From NCBI GenBank assembly GCA_963759775.1, contig CAVXAH010000001.1, forward strand, positions 528,682-592,681: DNA of 64,000 nucleotides. The letters are read 5' to 3'. The translations under genes were made by a program, and so were the position numbers. How positions within the stretch are numbered: the first letter of the stretch is position 1; every line of letters starts with the position of its first letter. This DNA is from an uncultured bacterium (lineage in GTDB: Bacteria > Patescibacteriota > Minisyncoccia > Phycocordibacterales > Phycocordibacteraceae). Below, piece by piece: positions 47,158 to 56,342 of the stretch. The notes below the pieces were generated by a model. It made no database searches. It saw nothing but the letters and a program-made list of their open reading frames with translations, and had not been told where the DNA came from.

Positions 47158-47862
47158 TTAGCAGACATTTCTGGGTGCGCTGCGGTAGGTGAAGTACTTC
47201 AGTATCTCAAAAGCAGCGAAGAAGACGAGCGCGACCGTCCACACAAGGAAGAATGCAGAGAGTGCCTGTGAACCGCCATCTTTCATGATAAGCAGGTTGA
47301 ATGCCGTATGCAATACGACAGCAAGGATAAGTCCTCCTGCGGCGTATAGGATGCGATAGGTCGGGCGAAGGTGGTATGACCATGCGAAAGCAAAGCCGAT
47401 TGCTGATGAGGCAAGAACATGGAGAAGGGTAGAACCAAGGAACCGGAGGTGGTTGGTCACCAAGGTCTCGGCAAGTTGTCCGTTTTGGATCGTATGAACG
47501 AGGAAGAGCGCATTTTCTGCGGCGGCAAAGCCAAGAGCGACGGTGAGCATGTAAACCACATAGTCAGGAGATTCATCAACGGCTCGCCGCCAAAGGATGA
47601 AAGCGGCTGCAAAAAAATACTTCAATACTTCTTCAATTGTTGCCCAGGCGAAGATGAGAGGAACGCCTGAGGCAACGGCCTCGCGCGCGTACTGCTCGGG
47701 GGCTATAGCAAGAGGGACGGCTATCATACCGGCAAGAAAGGCGAGGGTAATCATTCCGCGCGGTTCCGGGCACCTCGCGTCCTCCTTCAAAAGGAAATAC
47801 AGCCAAATGAGGGCAGGTATAAGTCCCCCGACGAGCGCATATCCAATGACTTGAAACTCCAC
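47158..47862 (-). CDS. PrsW-family intramembrane metalloprotease
   Basis: EEVLKY and GFAAAEN motifs with 7-8 TMs. The start is GTG. Confidence 0.7.
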   Translation of the reverse strand: MEFQVIGYALVGGLIPALIWLYFLLKEDARCPEPRGMITLAFLAGMIAVPLAIAPEQYAREAVASGVPLIFAWATIEEVLKYFFAAAFILWRRAVDESPDYVVYMLTVALGFAAAENALFLVHTIQNGQLAETLVTNHLRFLGSTLLHVLASSAIGFAFAWSYHLRPTYRILYAAGGLILAVVLHTAFNLLIMKDGGSQALSAFFLVWTVALVFFAAFEILKYFTYRSAPRNVC

Positions 47863-47930
47863 TCTCTTATTCTAACGCACTTAGAGTATGTTCAAAAAAC
47901 CCTCTGGCGAAAGCATGCCTCCTCGGGTAC

Positions 47931-48012
47931 GGCATTTTTCCTGCTGAAAAAATGCCTGAAATGCTCGCGCCGTCGCGCTCGCAACCCCCTCCGATGCACG
48001 CCCCCGCCTTCG
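47931..48012 (-). repeat. structured repeat, copy 3 (diverged, directly 3' of valS)
   Basis: On the minus strand it reads ...GCGAGCGCGACGGCGCGAG...GGCATTTTTTC-agca-GGAAAAATGCC. Confidence 0.55.
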
Positions 48013-48016
48013 GGAT

Positions 48017-50185
48017 TTAGTTTACGGGCCACTTCGCGACCATGAGGAAGTCTGAGTTTTTTGTTGGCATGGATTGGTAGATTTCCTCCGTGACAAATGG
48101 CATGAAAGGGTGGAGCAGGCGGAGCGAGCCATCAAGCAGGTCCAGGAGGAGCGCTTGGCGCGACACTTTTGCGTTTAGGTCAGTGCCTACAAGAAGAGGC
48201 TTTGACTCTTCAATAATTTTGTCTGCGAGTTCATGCCACACGTAGTGATAAATCTTTTCGGCCGCAAGATAAATCCGGTACTCTTCAATGTCGGCGGTGA
48301 CATCAGCAGAGAGTGTATGAAATGCGGTTTTGAGTAGAACATCCGCTTCGGATAATGCCGCACCCGCGTCAGCGTCCTTGGCGTTATCGAGTACAAAGCG
48401 CGCAATATTCCAGATCTTATTTCGCGAAGTGCTTGTAGCCTTTTATTTTGTCTTCACTAATGCGCATGTCGGTTCCGGGTGCGTTTCCGACGACGAGCGC
48501 CATCCGTGCCGCGTCCGCACCAAATTTTACGGCCACATCAAGCGGGTCCATGTTGTTTCCGAGCGACTTAGACATTTTTCGGCCTTGAGCGTCTCGTACG
48601 AGGCCGTGAAGGTATACGGTTTTGAAAGGAATGTCCTTAAGCGCAAATTCCGTCATAAGAATCATACGAGCAATCCAGAAGAAGAGGATGTCATAACCGG
48701 TTTCAAGAAGGTCGGTCGGATGATAGGTCTCAATGTCTTTTGTTTTGTCGGGCCACCCGAGCGTTGAGAAAGTCCAAAGACCGGAAGAGAACCACGTATC
48801 AAGCGTGTCTTCGTCTTGTGTCCAACCTTCGCCCTTCGGAGCTTCGCCTACATTGATGTCGGTGCCGCGATACCACACAGGAATACGGTGGCCATACCAA
48901 ATTTGACGGCTGATGCACCAGTCGCGCAGGTTTTCTATCCAGTGGAAATACGTTTTCTCAAAGTGTTCTGGAACAATCTTGATTTTTCTTTCGCGCACGG
49001 GCTCAAGCATGAGCTCCTTAAGAGTTTTGCCTCGTCCCGGCACGGCTTGTTTACGGCGACAAACCACTGGAGTTTTGGAAGTGGCTCCACGATGCCTCCC
49101 GTGCGCTCTGCTGTCGCAACGTTTTGTTTGAGATCTTCTTCCTTCTCCAAAAGCCCCTCCGCACGAAGCCATTCAACTACAACCTCTTTCGCCGCAGTCG
49201 TTTTAATTCCCGCGAGGCGGCCAGGAACCGTCATTTTTGCGAACTCATTAATAACAATCACTTCTTTTGGAAGGTCGTGTCGCTCGGCAATTTCCCAGTC
49301 GGTCCGGCTGTGGGCAGGGGTAACGCCGACCGCACCGGTACCAAACGCAGGATCAACCTCCTTATCCGCAACCACCTTTATATGAATCGGTACGTCACAA
49401 AACACCGCGTCGTATTCTTTGCCGACAAACTTCTTATAGCGCGCATCGTCGGGGTGCACTGCGACCGCGACATCGCCCACCTTGGTTTCAGGGCGGGTGG
49501 TGGCGACAGGAATGGGGAAGTCTTTCGAATACTTAAAAGTGTAGAGCTTCGCCGGGCGTTCTTCGTAAACGATTTCATCGTCCGAAATAGTGGTTTGGCC
49601 CTTTGGGTCCCAGTTCACAATCCGATTGCCGCGGTAAATAAGTCCCGCATCGTACATTTGTTTGAAAATGGTACGAACAGCACCACTTCGCGTTTCATCA
49701 AGCGTAAATGCCTCTCGCGACCAGTCAAGCGAGGCGCCCATAGTTTTGAGCTGGGTCAGAATAGTGTCGTGGCTTTCTGAAGCGAATTTTTCAATGCGCT
49801 TCAAAAGCTCATCACGTCCCAAGTCATGCCGGCTCTTGTCCTCCTCTTTCTTTATTTGTTTTTCAACGACGGATTGCGTCGCGATGGCGGCGTGGTCAGT
49901 ACCAGGGATCCACAGTGTGCGGAAGCCACGCATGCGCTTGAAACGCACGAACACATCTTGGACCGCAAGCATAAGCGCATGTCCCATGTGAAGCCGCCCC
50001 GTGACGTTTGGGGGAGGCAAGACGATGGAGTATGTGGGAGCGTCTTTCTTAGCGATGCCCTCCGCAATACAGGTGTCGGGGTTGAAAAAACCACTCCTTT
50101 CCCATTCATGGTAGATGCGCGCTTCCGTCTCTTGTGGTTGATAAGGTTTTAGAAACTTCTCGGGCATTTGCAAGAAATATAGCAA
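48017..50185 (-). CDS. valS: valine--tRNA ligase, two frame breaks (near 49046 and 48417-48422)
   Basis: [14 protein letters not shown] (HIGH), [15 protein letters not shown] and KMSKSLGN motifs. The anticodon-binding part [11 protein letters not shown]... resumes in another frame after gcgAAAtaa. The total length is divisible by 3. Confidence 0.85.
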
Positions 50186-50208
50186 ACAACAGGGGCTTTA
50201 TTAGTTAG

Positions 50209-50236
50209 TTGACTTTAGGATAAATCATGGTATAGT
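50209..50236 (+). promoter_or_regulatory. strong sigma70-type promoter (TTGACT-16-TGgTATAGT)
   Basis: -35 TTGACT at 50209-50214. Extended -10 TG-g-TATAGT at 50228-50236. Confidence 0.6.
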
Positions 50237-50242
50237 ATTCTG

Positions 50243-50615
50243 TATCGGTAAACAACTGCCTAGGAGAGATGCAACATTGTTATTACCGTTACGCGCACGT
50301 ACATAGCGATGCTGATATTCTCGCCGACGAGGGCTTCTACAGCTAGCCGCATGGTGGAAGGCATCTGGGGGATGAATCCTCGATGCGTCGTTGCCAACAC
50401 GGGGATCTTGCTAATCTTGATGCATGATCTTCGTGTACTTTTCCTACAGCGTCGTTTACTTCCGGACTTCACGGGGCAAGCAATGGTTCTGTGTTCACGC
50501 AGCCTATTCTGACTTGCGTTGAGACAAAGAGCCTGGAAGTAAATAACGTTGCGACGAAGTGTCATAGCCAGGCTTTGCACAAATATCCCGCACTTCACCG
50601 TGCGGGATTTTTTAT
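50243..50615 (+). ncRNA. candidate orphan ~370-nt non-coding RNA (unclassified)
   Basis: It runs from the promoter above to the intrinsic terminator atcccgcac-ttcacc-gtgcgggat+TTTTTTAT (50585-50615). No frame looks protein-like. There are several local hairpins. Confidence 0.4.
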
Positions 50616-51840
50616 GCGAGCGACAGATTTCCGTTTGCTTTGAGAGAATCGGATGCGGCGAATTCTTTGCGAGAGGCGCGGTAGAAGCCCGCAAGTGCAA
50701 TCATGACCGCATTGTCGGTGGTGAGCGACGCATGGGGAATACGAAGCGAGACATTGGGATATTCCGTTTTCATCATTTCCGCAAACGTGCGGCGGATATG
50801 AGTGTTTGCGGAGACTCCGCCGCCAATGACTAGCGTCCCGGCATTCGTATCTTCAAGGGCGCGAGCGGTTTTCTTCCAAAGAACTTCAGTAACCGCATTT
50901 TCAAATTCGTGCGCAATATGCTTCTTCTCTTTTTCAGTTACATTTGGATCTCCATCCGGCGGTCGTTGAGGAGATACAGCACGGCGGTCTTGAGTCCCGC
51001 GAAAGAGAAATCACACGTTCCGGAATCAATCATGGGACGTGGAAGCGCATACGGATTTTTCTCGCTTACGGCTCGCGCTTCTTCGGCAAGTTTTGAAATC
51101 TGCGGGCCACCCGGGTACGGAAGGTTGAGCATGCGAGCCACCTTATCAAACGCCTCGCCGACGGCGTCGTCACGAGTTTGCCCGATAAGTTCGTAGGAGA
51201 GCCATTCTCTCATCAGCACCAGTTCAGTGTGACCACCAGAAATAAGGAGGGCAAGAACCGGCAGAGCAATATCTTTTATGTAAAGGGATTCTCCGCTCTT
51301 TTCATTTTTAAACTTTTCACTTTCGGTCCTCGTCCTTTCCGCTAATGCGGAAAGGATATGTCCCTCCATGTGGTTCACTGCCACTAAGGGTTTCTGCCAC
51401 AAAAGGGAGAGTGCGCGTGCGAAATTAATACCAACCCAAAGTGCCGGCTCAAGACCAGGTCCGGCCGTTACTGCGATTGCGTCTACTTCGGGAGTTTCGC
51501 ACTCTGATACGAATTCAAAAAATTGCTCCGTAAGACCGGGCTCGCGCGCCAAAATCTCCGCGATTTTGGCGCGCATTTCTGGCGAGATTGTCTGCAAACT
51601 CTCGTGGAGCAATTCTGCCTCTTCAAGTGCCGCCTCAAGAATAGGAACCAGATTTTTCGCATGTTCACGCTTTGCAAGAGCAGGGAAGACTCCACCGTAT
51701 TGCTGGTGTATTTCTATCTGAGACAAGAGCGCGTTTCCCAGTACGCGAAATCGTGCTTCCTTTTCATTTCCTTGTGCCTCAACCACAGCGATAGCAGTTT
51801 CGTCACAGGACGTCTCGATTGCCAAAATTTTCATAAGCAA
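50612..51840 (-). CDS. tsaD: tRNA N6-adenosine threonylcarbamoyltransferase TsaD, one frame break near 50956
   Basis: ILAIETSCDETA...GGHT...FSFAGLKTAV, then in the -1 frame ...IAHEFENAVTEVL...VIGGGVSAN...TDNAVMIA. Confidence 0.8.
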
Positions 51841-51891
51841 GAGGTTCCAGCCCCGTAGCCAACCGAGTGAAGCGAGGTTGTGGTACCGGGG

Positions 51892-52752
51892 TCAATGGCG
51901 AGGATTATCATGATGATGGATGGCCTCAAAGGGGAGTTTGGTACCGAGAGGAATAGGGAATGCTGCGGCATTTGGGTGTCCATTGCCGCCGTACTTTCTG
52001 GCAAGCGCGGCAACATCTACGGAGCCGTCGCCACGCAGTGAGACTCGAACACCATCACGTTTGGTGCGGATGATCATGCCAAAAGGAGGTTTCTTTTTTG
52101 CGAGCGCATGGCCGATATGAGAAGCGAAGGCGCTTGGTGCATCAACGGCAAGCACCTCGTAACCCTCAAAAGAAACGAGCCACGCTTTCTTTGCAATTTC
52201 TCCCATAAGTAGATTGCCGTATTCCACATAGGCCTCACCGCGCTCTTTCATCCGCGCCCGCTCTTCGGGGTCCTCCATACGGGCTGAAAGGGTCTCCCAG
52301 TCGCTAAAGGTAAATGGCTTTGTGTAACAGTAGGCGAGCAAGGCTCGAGCATCTTCAAGCTCAAAGCGATAGAGATCACCGTCCTCCACATAGCGAAGCA
52401 AAATCGGTCGAGGGGTGCCCGGGTGAAAATAATCCCACGCAATAGTTGCTCCTGAGCGATTCGCGTCGTAGACATGGTTTGGCATTGCTTCCACAGCGGC
52501 ACGAGCGCCCTCATGGTGGTCGAGCACCGTGAATGACTTTGTTGGTGCGGCAAGCTTCTCCATTATTGGCAGAGGGTACGAGAAATCAATGACGTACACC
52601 TCTCTACCTGCCAAGTGTTCGGGCGGGGGTTGATGATGCTCAACGGGAATATACTCGGCGCCTTCGCCAAACTTTTTCCACGCAGCATACGCGCCTCCGA
52701 AACCATCGGGGCAATCAGCGTGATATAGAATAGCGACTTTCGGGTGAGACAT
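51892..52752 (-). CDS. DHH/DHHA1 family phosphoesterase
   Basis: LYHADCPDGFG (DHH-like N-terminus), LDHH and GGNGHPNAA (DHHA1 GGGH). I chose the internal ATG 52752. Confidence 0.7.
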   Translation of the reverse strand: MSHPKVAILYHADCPDGFGGAYAAWKKFGEGAEYIPVEHHQPPPEHLAGREVYVIDFSYPLPIMEKLAAPTKSFTVLDHHEGARAAVEAMPNHVYDANRSGATIAWDYFHPGTPRPILLRYVEDGDLYRFELEDARALLAYCYTKPFTFSDWETLSARMEDPEERARMKERGEAYVEYGNLLMGEIAKKAWLVSFEGYEVLAVDAPSAFASHIGHALAKKKPPFGMIIRTKRDGVRVSLRGDGSVDVAALARKYGGNGHPNAAAFPIPLGTKLPFEAIHHHDNPRH

Positions 52753-52768
52753 ATTTCCAGTGTACCTT

Positions 52769-53641
52769 TTAGCGCGTAAACCGCACGTAAATACCGGCAG
52801 GAATGATCCGCTCGGAAGACGACTCTTTAATATGAAGTTCGCCACACTCGCCGTTTATGGGACCGAAGACGCTTTCTATCGCCTGTGCAAACGAGCGTGG
52901 TGCGTAGCCAGCGGCGTAGCCGTTCAGGATGAAGAATGAACCGGGCTTGTCCGAAAGGAGCTCTTTGAGGGCCCCCAAGAGCTCTGGCAGAGCTTCTTCA
53001 ATGTGCCATACTTCGCCTTTTGCGCCTCGACCGAAGGCAGGCGGATCAAGGATAATTCCCTCATATTTTGCGCCGCGTCGTACTTCGCGTTTTACATAAG
53101 AGAGCGCATCGTCGAGTACCCATCGGATGCTTTTCTCATCCGCCCTGGAGAGCATCGCATTTGTCTTTGCCCACTCAAGAGACTGCTTAGAAGCGTCCAC
53201 GTGCGTTACAAACGCTCCAGCCTGTGCGGCGACAACGCTCGCGACACCCGTATAGCCGAAGAGGTTCAGCACATTTGGCTTCTCCAACTTTTTAATTTGC
53301 TCACGGGACCACTCCCAGTTTGGCGCTTGCTCGGGAAAGATACCGGTATGTTTGAAGGCAGTAAGTTTTGCACTCGCGCGCGCAGTATCCCAACTAACTA
53401 CCCAATCTTTGGGAAGCGATTTTTTTATATCCCATGAGCCTTTCTTCTCGGCGAAGGCAAATACGGCATGAGCTGTATTCCAAAGTTCCGGGCGTGCCTT
53501 TGCCCAAAGCGCTTGCGTTTCAGGGCGAGCAACGACCACGTCTCCAAGGCGTTCAAGCTTCATGTTCTCGCCCGAGTCGAGGAGTTCATAATCGGCCCAC
53601 GGAAGGGTAGTAAGATGTGCGTCGTATTTCATACCCGTCAC
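52769..53641 (-). CDS. class I SAM-dependent methyltransferase (RlmI/YwbD-like)
   Basis: LNLFGYTGVASVVAA..GA.VTHVDAS...ILDPPAF. GTGA overlap with the upstream gene. Confidence 0.7.
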   Translation of the reverse strand: MTGMKYDAHLTTLPWADYELLDSGENMKLERLGDVVVARPETQALWAKARPELWNTAHAVFAFAEKKGSWDIKKSLPKDWVVSWDTARASAKLTAFKHTGIFPEQAPNWEWSREQIKKLEKPNVLNLFGYTGVASVVAAQAGAFVTHVDASKQSLEWAKTNAMLSRADEKSIRWVLDDALSYVKREVRRGAKYEGIILDPPAFGRGAKGEVWHIEEALPELLGALKELLSDKPGSFFILNGYAAGYAPRSFAQAIESVFGPINGECGELHIKESSSERIIPAGIYVRFTR

Positions 53642-53907
53642 ACTAAACGGCCTCGTCGCAGGCCATCTGATAATCGTCGCTTCAGAGCCGCTCGAGCACC
53701 TTGCGAGTTTTTAAGACGGAATTCTCTGCTCTTTGCATCAGCCTGCGACATATATGCTTCGTAATATATCAGTTCGAGTGGTAACCGGGATTTTGTAGAA
53801 CGAGACGATTTTGAGGAGTGTTCGGCAAGACGACGACGTAAATCGCTACTGTATCCTGTATACAGCTTTCCGTCTTTTTTACTACGCAAGAGATATACGT
53901 AGTACAT
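53638..53907 (-). CDS. GIY-YIG nuclease family protein (second stand-alone copy)
   Basis: MYYVYLLRSKKDGKLYTGYSSDLRRRLAEH. Confidence 0.75.
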   Translation of the reverse strand: MYYVYLLRSKKDGKLYTGYSSDLRRRLAEHSSKSSRSTKSRLPLELIYYEAYMSQADAKSREFRLKNSQGARAALKRRLSDGLRRGRLV

Positions 53908-53940
53908 TGTCGTCTTGCAAGGCCGTTTTAGTGTGTCGGG

Positions 53941-54702
53941 TCATACAAGGGATTCAGGGTGTTTTTTGCTCCATTCGTAGAAAACCACTGCGGCGGAGAC
54001 GGCGGCGTTCAAAGACTCGGTGCGTGGATGCATGGGGATTGAAAGGGTAACATCGCAGGTTTCTAGCGTCTTCTCACGTATACCAGCACCCTCATTTCCA
54101 ATCACAAAAGCCGTTGCCGCATCAAACTTTTCTTCACCAAGCTCGGAAGAACCTTGCATAGCAAGTCCATAGGTCCAAAAGCCCTTATCTTTAAGAACAC
54201 GGAGTGTGTGGTTCACATTCCCAATTGAAACGAGTGGAATGCGAAACGCCATACCTGCAGAAGTTTTCACAACTGTTCCGGTGACGGGCGCTTGGTTGTG
54301 CTCGGGTATAAGAACGCCCGCAAGTCCAAACGCGGCAGCGGAGCGGATAATCGCGCCCACGTTGTGTGGGTCTTGCACCTCACCAAGGACGACGACCGCC
54401 GGTCGCTTGCTCATATCAAGCGTCTTTAAGAATTCTTCAAGCGAGACCATAAGGCGACCGGGCTCCATAGTTGCAATGACACCTTGGTGCGACTCGCTTC
54501 CCGTCATGTCGCGTCCCTTGCCCCGAGCAAGCTCGGCGACAGGAATCTTATGATCTACGAGCAACTTATGGAGTTCGGCATCCTTAATTTCTGCCGAAAG
54601 GAAAACTTTACGTATGGTGTGGGGTGCGCTCAAAAGCGCTTCCATAAGAGCGTGCTTGCCGTAGATGTAGATTTTCTCTGTTCTTTTGTTGTCTGTTTTC
54701 AT
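53941..54702 (-). CDS. rlmB: 23S rRNA 2'-O-ribose methyltransferase RlmB (SpoU/TrmH family)
   Basis: N-terminal L30e-like domain plus the SpoU motifs ...LGEVQDPHNVGAIIRSA... and GNEGAGI....SLNAAVSAAV. Confidence 0.8.
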   Translation of the reverse strand: MKTDNKRTEKIYIYGKHALMEALLSAPHTIRKVFLSAEIKDAELHKLLVDHKIPVAELARGKGRDMTGSESHQGVIATMEPGRLMVSLEEFLKTLDMSKRPAVVVLGEVQDPHNVGAIIRSAAAFGLAGVLIPEHNQAPVTGTVVKTSAGMAFRIPLVSIGNVNHTLRVLKDKGFWTYGLAMQGSSELGEEKFDAATAFVIGNEGAGIREKTLETCDVTLSIPMHPRTESLNAAVSAAVVFYEWSKKHPESLV

Positions 54703-55136
54703 TTTGCCATCACCTCATTCATAAACTTACCTGAGAGCCATGCGTCAATCACCCCTTTACTTGGTGCAAAGAGGGGAGAAGGAAGTTTTCTCGGGTCGTA
54801 CCACTTCCAATTTCTCGATTTTTCCGGTTCCGGATTCCCAGGCTCGCCACTTTTCCACGAAGCGAGAAAAGAAATGTTCACATAGTGTTTTCCGTATACA
54901 AGCTCGTTGTTCACGCAAACTATCTTTTCAAGAACAATATCCGTGAGGCCAGTTTCTTCTGCGACTTCAGTTCTAGCCATTTCTTCAAACGTCTTTCCAA
55001 ACTCGAAATGGCCGCCCGGAATTTGATACGTATTCGCGCCGTGGCTTGCGATGCGCTCGCCAAGAAGAACCTTGTCATCTTTGACGACAATCACTGCTAC
55101 AGAAACTAGGGGGCGCGGTTTTGCCTCGATGCTCAT
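54699..55136 (-). CDS. NUDIX hydrolase (MutT-like)
   Basis: GGHFEFGKTFEEMARTEVAEETG Nudix box. I chose the internal ATG 55136. Confidence 0.75.
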   Translation of the reverse strand: MSIEAKPRPLVSVAVIVVKDDKVLLGERIASHGANTYQIPGGHFEFGKTFEEMARTEVAEETGLTDIVLEKIVCVNNELVYGKHYVNISFLASWKSGEPGNPEPEKSRNWKWYDPRKLPSPLFAPSKGVIDAWLSGKFMNEVMAK

Positions 55137-55347
55137 AAGCCAGTTATACAACAAATCCAGAACTTGGCCAAACGCGGTGAGGGCTTGGCCAAGAACATTT
55201 CCAGCTCGCCGTCGCTCGTGGAAATTTCTCGGCCCTGCTCGCGCGACCTGTCGTGTTCGACAGGTGCACATGCTCGCTTTCAAGTCCCTCATCGCTGCTA
55301 TAAAATAATAGTCGCCGCACGCTTTCGCGTACGGCTTCTTTATTTTG

Positions 55348-55420
55348 TGCGCGGTGAGGGACTTGAACCCCCGACCCCATCCACGTCAAGGAAGTGCTCT
55401 ACCAACTGAGCTAACCGCGC
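55348..55420 (-). tRNA. tRNA-Val (anticodon GAC)
   Basis: GCGCGGTTAGCTCAGTTGGTAGAGC...TT-GAC-GT...GGGGGTTCAAGTCCCTCACCGCGCA. A TTGAAT-17-TATTCT promoter lies upstream on the minus strand. Confidence 0.85.
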
Positions 55421-55556
55421 AATGCGAGCTAGAATAGCGGATTTCAAGCCCAGATTCAAATCTAATGGCAATTTTATAAATATATGATATAGTAGAGAAG
55501 TCAGGGAAGTCCCTGACATTTTTCTTTCCACAATAAAGAATTCGGAGGACACATAA

Positions 55557-56051
55557 GTGCAAAAACAGAGAAAAAATCCACATATTCCGCTCATCATTGA
55601 TCTTGTGCGGGATATACGTGGAGTCAAGGTTCGTCAGGTGTTATCGGAATATGTCGTCGTTGCCGCCTACCAGCGACAAGGCTCAAGACTGAAGTTTGAC
55701 GACCTATTTCAGGGACTTTGTCACCACCTCAAAGATCAGGGGGTTGTGCTTGAAAAACCTTCGGTTTCGGTTGTTCGCGAAAGCAAACGACTCGCACCGG
55801 CGGTACGAACGATACGGGCAGTGTCAGGAAAAGAAACTCCGCCAACGCTCAGTATCGGATTTCGGCTCGCCAATGTCGGGGATATCCGCTATCGCGAACA
55901 AAGAACGGAAGCAGTCATTCGTCAGCGCCTCTTTGGAGACACTGACGACGAACATTCGGTGCCACATCCACTTGAAAAGTTTGCCGGCCAAATTCTTATC
56001 CCGTCGCTCAGCCGACTCAAATTTGTTCAAGAACGTATGCTTCATTGGTAG
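55557..56051 (+). CDS. hypothetical protein
   Basis: 164 aa with a GTG start 8 nt after GGAGG and its own terminator. I recognise no domain. Confidence 0.5.
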   Translation: MQKQRKNPHIPLIIDLVRDIRGVKVRQVLSEYVVVAAYQRQGSRLKFDDLFQGLCHHLKDQGVVLEKPSVSVVRESKRLAPAVRTIRAVSGKETPPTLSIGFRLANVGDIRYREQRTEAVIRQRLFGDTDDEHSVPHPLEKFAGQILIPSLSRLKFVQERMLHW

Positions 56052-56074
56052 TTCTTTCACCGCTCTTTCACCAA

Positions 56075-56101
56075 AAAGCCGCTTCGGAAGAAGCGGCTTT
56101 T
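56075..56101. terminator. bidirectional intrinsic terminator
   Basis: aaagccgcttc-ggaa-gaagcggcttt. Confidence 0.75.
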
Positions 56102-56123
56102 CTATTTCAGTGAATATAAAACT

Positions 56124-56213
56124 TGGCGGAGAGGGTGGGATTTGAACCCACGAGAGGCTTTCGCCCCTGCTGGTTTTCGAAACCAGTGCATTCGACCACT
56201 CTGCCACCTCTCC
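56124..56213 (-). tRNA. tRNA-Ser (anticodon CGA), CCA encoded
   Basis: GGAGAGGTGGCAGAGTGGTCGAATGC..TT-CGA-AA..long variable arm..GTGGGTTCAAATCCCACCCTCTCCGCCA. Confidence 0.9.
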
Positions 56214-56270
56214 AGTTGGGCTACCTTAGCATTTTTGAAATTCTGGCGAAAGATGGTAAATTCGAGCCAC

Positions 56271-56342
56271 GGCCCTATCGTCTAATGGTTAGGACGCGGC
56301 CTTTTCAAGGCTGTAATCGGGGTTCGACTCCCCGTAGGGTCA
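56271..56342 (+). tRNA. tRNA-Glu (anticodon TTC)
   Basis: GGCCCTATCGTCTAATGGTTAGGAC..TT-TTC-AA..CGGGGTTCGACTCCCCGTAGGGTCA. Confidence 0.9.

Noticed and set aside
50186-50620. A T-box leader for valS (minus strand), or SRP/6S RNA identity for the orphan unit
   Set aside because: Neither strand has a T-box core (GGGTGGNACCGCG) or a specifier/antiterminator arrangement. valS appears to have a promoter (TATATT) only about 10 nt from its ATG. GGTGGAAGGC resembles the SRP GGAA tetraloop region only superficially. The length and shape do not fit 6S.
55500-55530. The hairpin gtcaggga-ag-tccctgac followed by ATTTTTCTTT as a terminator
   Set aside because: No plus-strand gene or transcript ends there, since the upstream genes are on the minus strand. 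It may be an insulator before ORF 55557, but I cannot support a call.
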